The notes below the pieces were generated by a model. It did not search any database, was not told the DNA's origin, and saw only the letters and a list, made by a program, of their open reading frames with translations. Positions 46,770-47,710 of a DNA stretch of 47,710 nucleotides are shown piece after piece. Within the stretch, counting starts at the first letter, position 1. The number at the start of each line of letters is the position of its first letter. The DNA is taken from NCBI GenBank assembly GCA_028710155.1, contig JAQUSR010000001.1, forward strand, positions 1-47,710, given 5' to 3'. Origin of the DNA: Bacteroidales bacterium (GTDB taxonomy: Bacteria; Bacteroidota; Bacteroidia; Bacteroidales; WRLA01). A program made the translations under genes and the position numbers.

Positions 46770-47353
46770 TGAACACCTCCTTTCTGTGCTTTAAAAGCTT
46801 GATAAGCACGATCTAATGAACGACAATAGGCACGCGATGAAATAGTAGCTGCTGTAATGGCATCTACTTCACCGCCATCTTTTTTAACAGTGAGTTTAAA
46901 AGTATCCGGATTTTTACCCGAAAATTGAGCGGAGAAATCGGATTTTTTATTATCCATTTTTTCGCCTAGACCCGGTGTCTCAGAATGTTTTAAGGTTGCT
47001 GTTTTGATAATGTCGCCGTTAGTATTGAAACCGACCATGATTTTGATTAATCCACTGAAACCGTTTTTATCAAAGGTCTCAACAGCTGTTCCCATCCATT
47101 CGCCGTTTTTATAGCAATCGAAAAAGGTTAAACTATCGGGATCGTTCAAGGCGGCAACGCGATAACTTTCGGATAAGCTATCAAATCCGGGAACCACCTC
47201 TTGAATGGCTTTGTTGATTTTCTCTTTTTGAACTGCCGCAATCGGATCTTTGGTTACATTATACACATATCCCAAAAGCACTCCCATAATTGCGGTAATC
47301 AATCCTAACACAATGATCATGTTAGGTAATGTCGATTTTAATTTTTTAGCCAT
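46766..47353 (-). CDS. rnfG: Rnf electron-transport complex subunit G (FMN-binding)
   Basis: One N-terminal TM helix. The FMN-attachment context VDAITAATISSRA is present. It has a 4-nt overlap with rnfE. Confidence 0.85.
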   Translation of the reverse strand: MAKKLKSTLPNMIIVLGLITAIMGVLLGYVYNVTKDPIAAVQKEKINKAIQEVVPGFDSLSESYRVAALNDPDSLTFFDCYKNGEWMGTAVETFDKNGFSGLIKIMVGFNTNGDIIKTATLKHSETPGLGEKMDNKKSDFSAQFSGKNPDTFKLTVKKDGGEVDAITAATISSRAYCRSLDRAYQAFKAQKGGVQ

Positions 47354-47710
47354 GAATCACCTCCTTTCTTCCAAAACGTTGTGGACGGAATCCTTTGTTA
47401 ATCAACGGAACTAAAGCATTCATAATCAAAATGGCAAACGAAACGCCTTCGGGATAAGCGCCAAAGGTACGAATTAAAATGGTGAGTAACCCGCAACCGC
47501 AGCCGAAAATGAGCATTCCGGGCTTGGTCATCGGCGATGTAACCATGTCGGTTGCCATGAAAATAGCTCCCAACATCATACCACCGGTAAAAATATGGAA
47601 CAAAGGATCGGCATATTTTGTAGGATCAACGATCCACAAAATTCCTGAGAAAATGGATGCCGACAAAATAAACAATATGGGAATATGCAACGTTATTATT
47701 TTTCTAAATA
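47346..47710 (-). CDS. rnfD: Rnf electron-transport complex subunit D (C-terminal part; the gene runs off the window edge)
   Basis: The C-terminal sequence ...TFGAYPEGVSFAILIMNALVPLINKGFRPQRFG is typical of RnfD/NqrB. The reading frame stays open to position 47710. Confidence 0.85.
   Translation of the reverse strand, partial: FRKIITLHIPILFILSASIFSGILWIVDPTKYADPLFHIFTGGMMLGAIFMATDMVTSPMTKPGMLIFGCGCGLLTILIRTFGAYPEGVSFAILIMNALVPLINKGFRPQRFGRKEVIHG

Overview
This is a 47.7-kb AT-rich chromosomal segment that looks Bacteroidota-like. Support for that placement: TAnnTTTG -7 promoter boxes recur at sensible distances upstream of many genes, the V-ATPase operon has the Bacteroidales-type E/DUF2764/A/B/D/I/K layout, and a methylmalonyl-CoA decarboxylase operon and an Rnf complex are present. 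Most of the window is ordinary core genome. In order it holds an OmpA/TSP3 outer-membrane protein, a PLD-like protein, an OstA-like protein, tdk, tilS, polA, a glycosyltransferase-like gene, cutC and a transglutaminase-like lipoprotein. These are followed by the 7-gene V-type ATPase operon, a small accessory set (PEGA protein, NlpC/P60 peptidase, class-C-like serine hydrolase, PNPOx-zinc-ribbon fusion, Cys-rich protein, M28 peptidase), mce-mmdA-(OadG-like)-mmdC-mmdB, a DUF900/DUF1460-like fusion, metG, gap and rnfD(partial)GEA. I recognised no rRNA, tRNA, CRISPR array, transposase or integrase. The stand-out region is about 30.5-35.2 kb. It contains a tightly coupled four-gene cassette: a TcmP-like three-Cys-motif partner protein, a DUF5131/Gp37-Gp68 three-Cys protein, an HNH nuclease with an unassigned N-terminal domain, and a fusion of a dnd-associated-type SAM methyltransferase with a HIT domain. 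On its left is a frameshifted and truncated fragment resembling a DUF4007 gene. On its right is a non-coding scar with a perfect 17-bp palindrome and a truncated AbiEi/DUF6088-like ORF. I read this as a decayed defence/DNA-modification hotspot carrying a candidate modification-plus-nuclease system that, to my knowledge, has not been functionally characterised. All family assignments come from motif recognition by eye, since no searches could be run.
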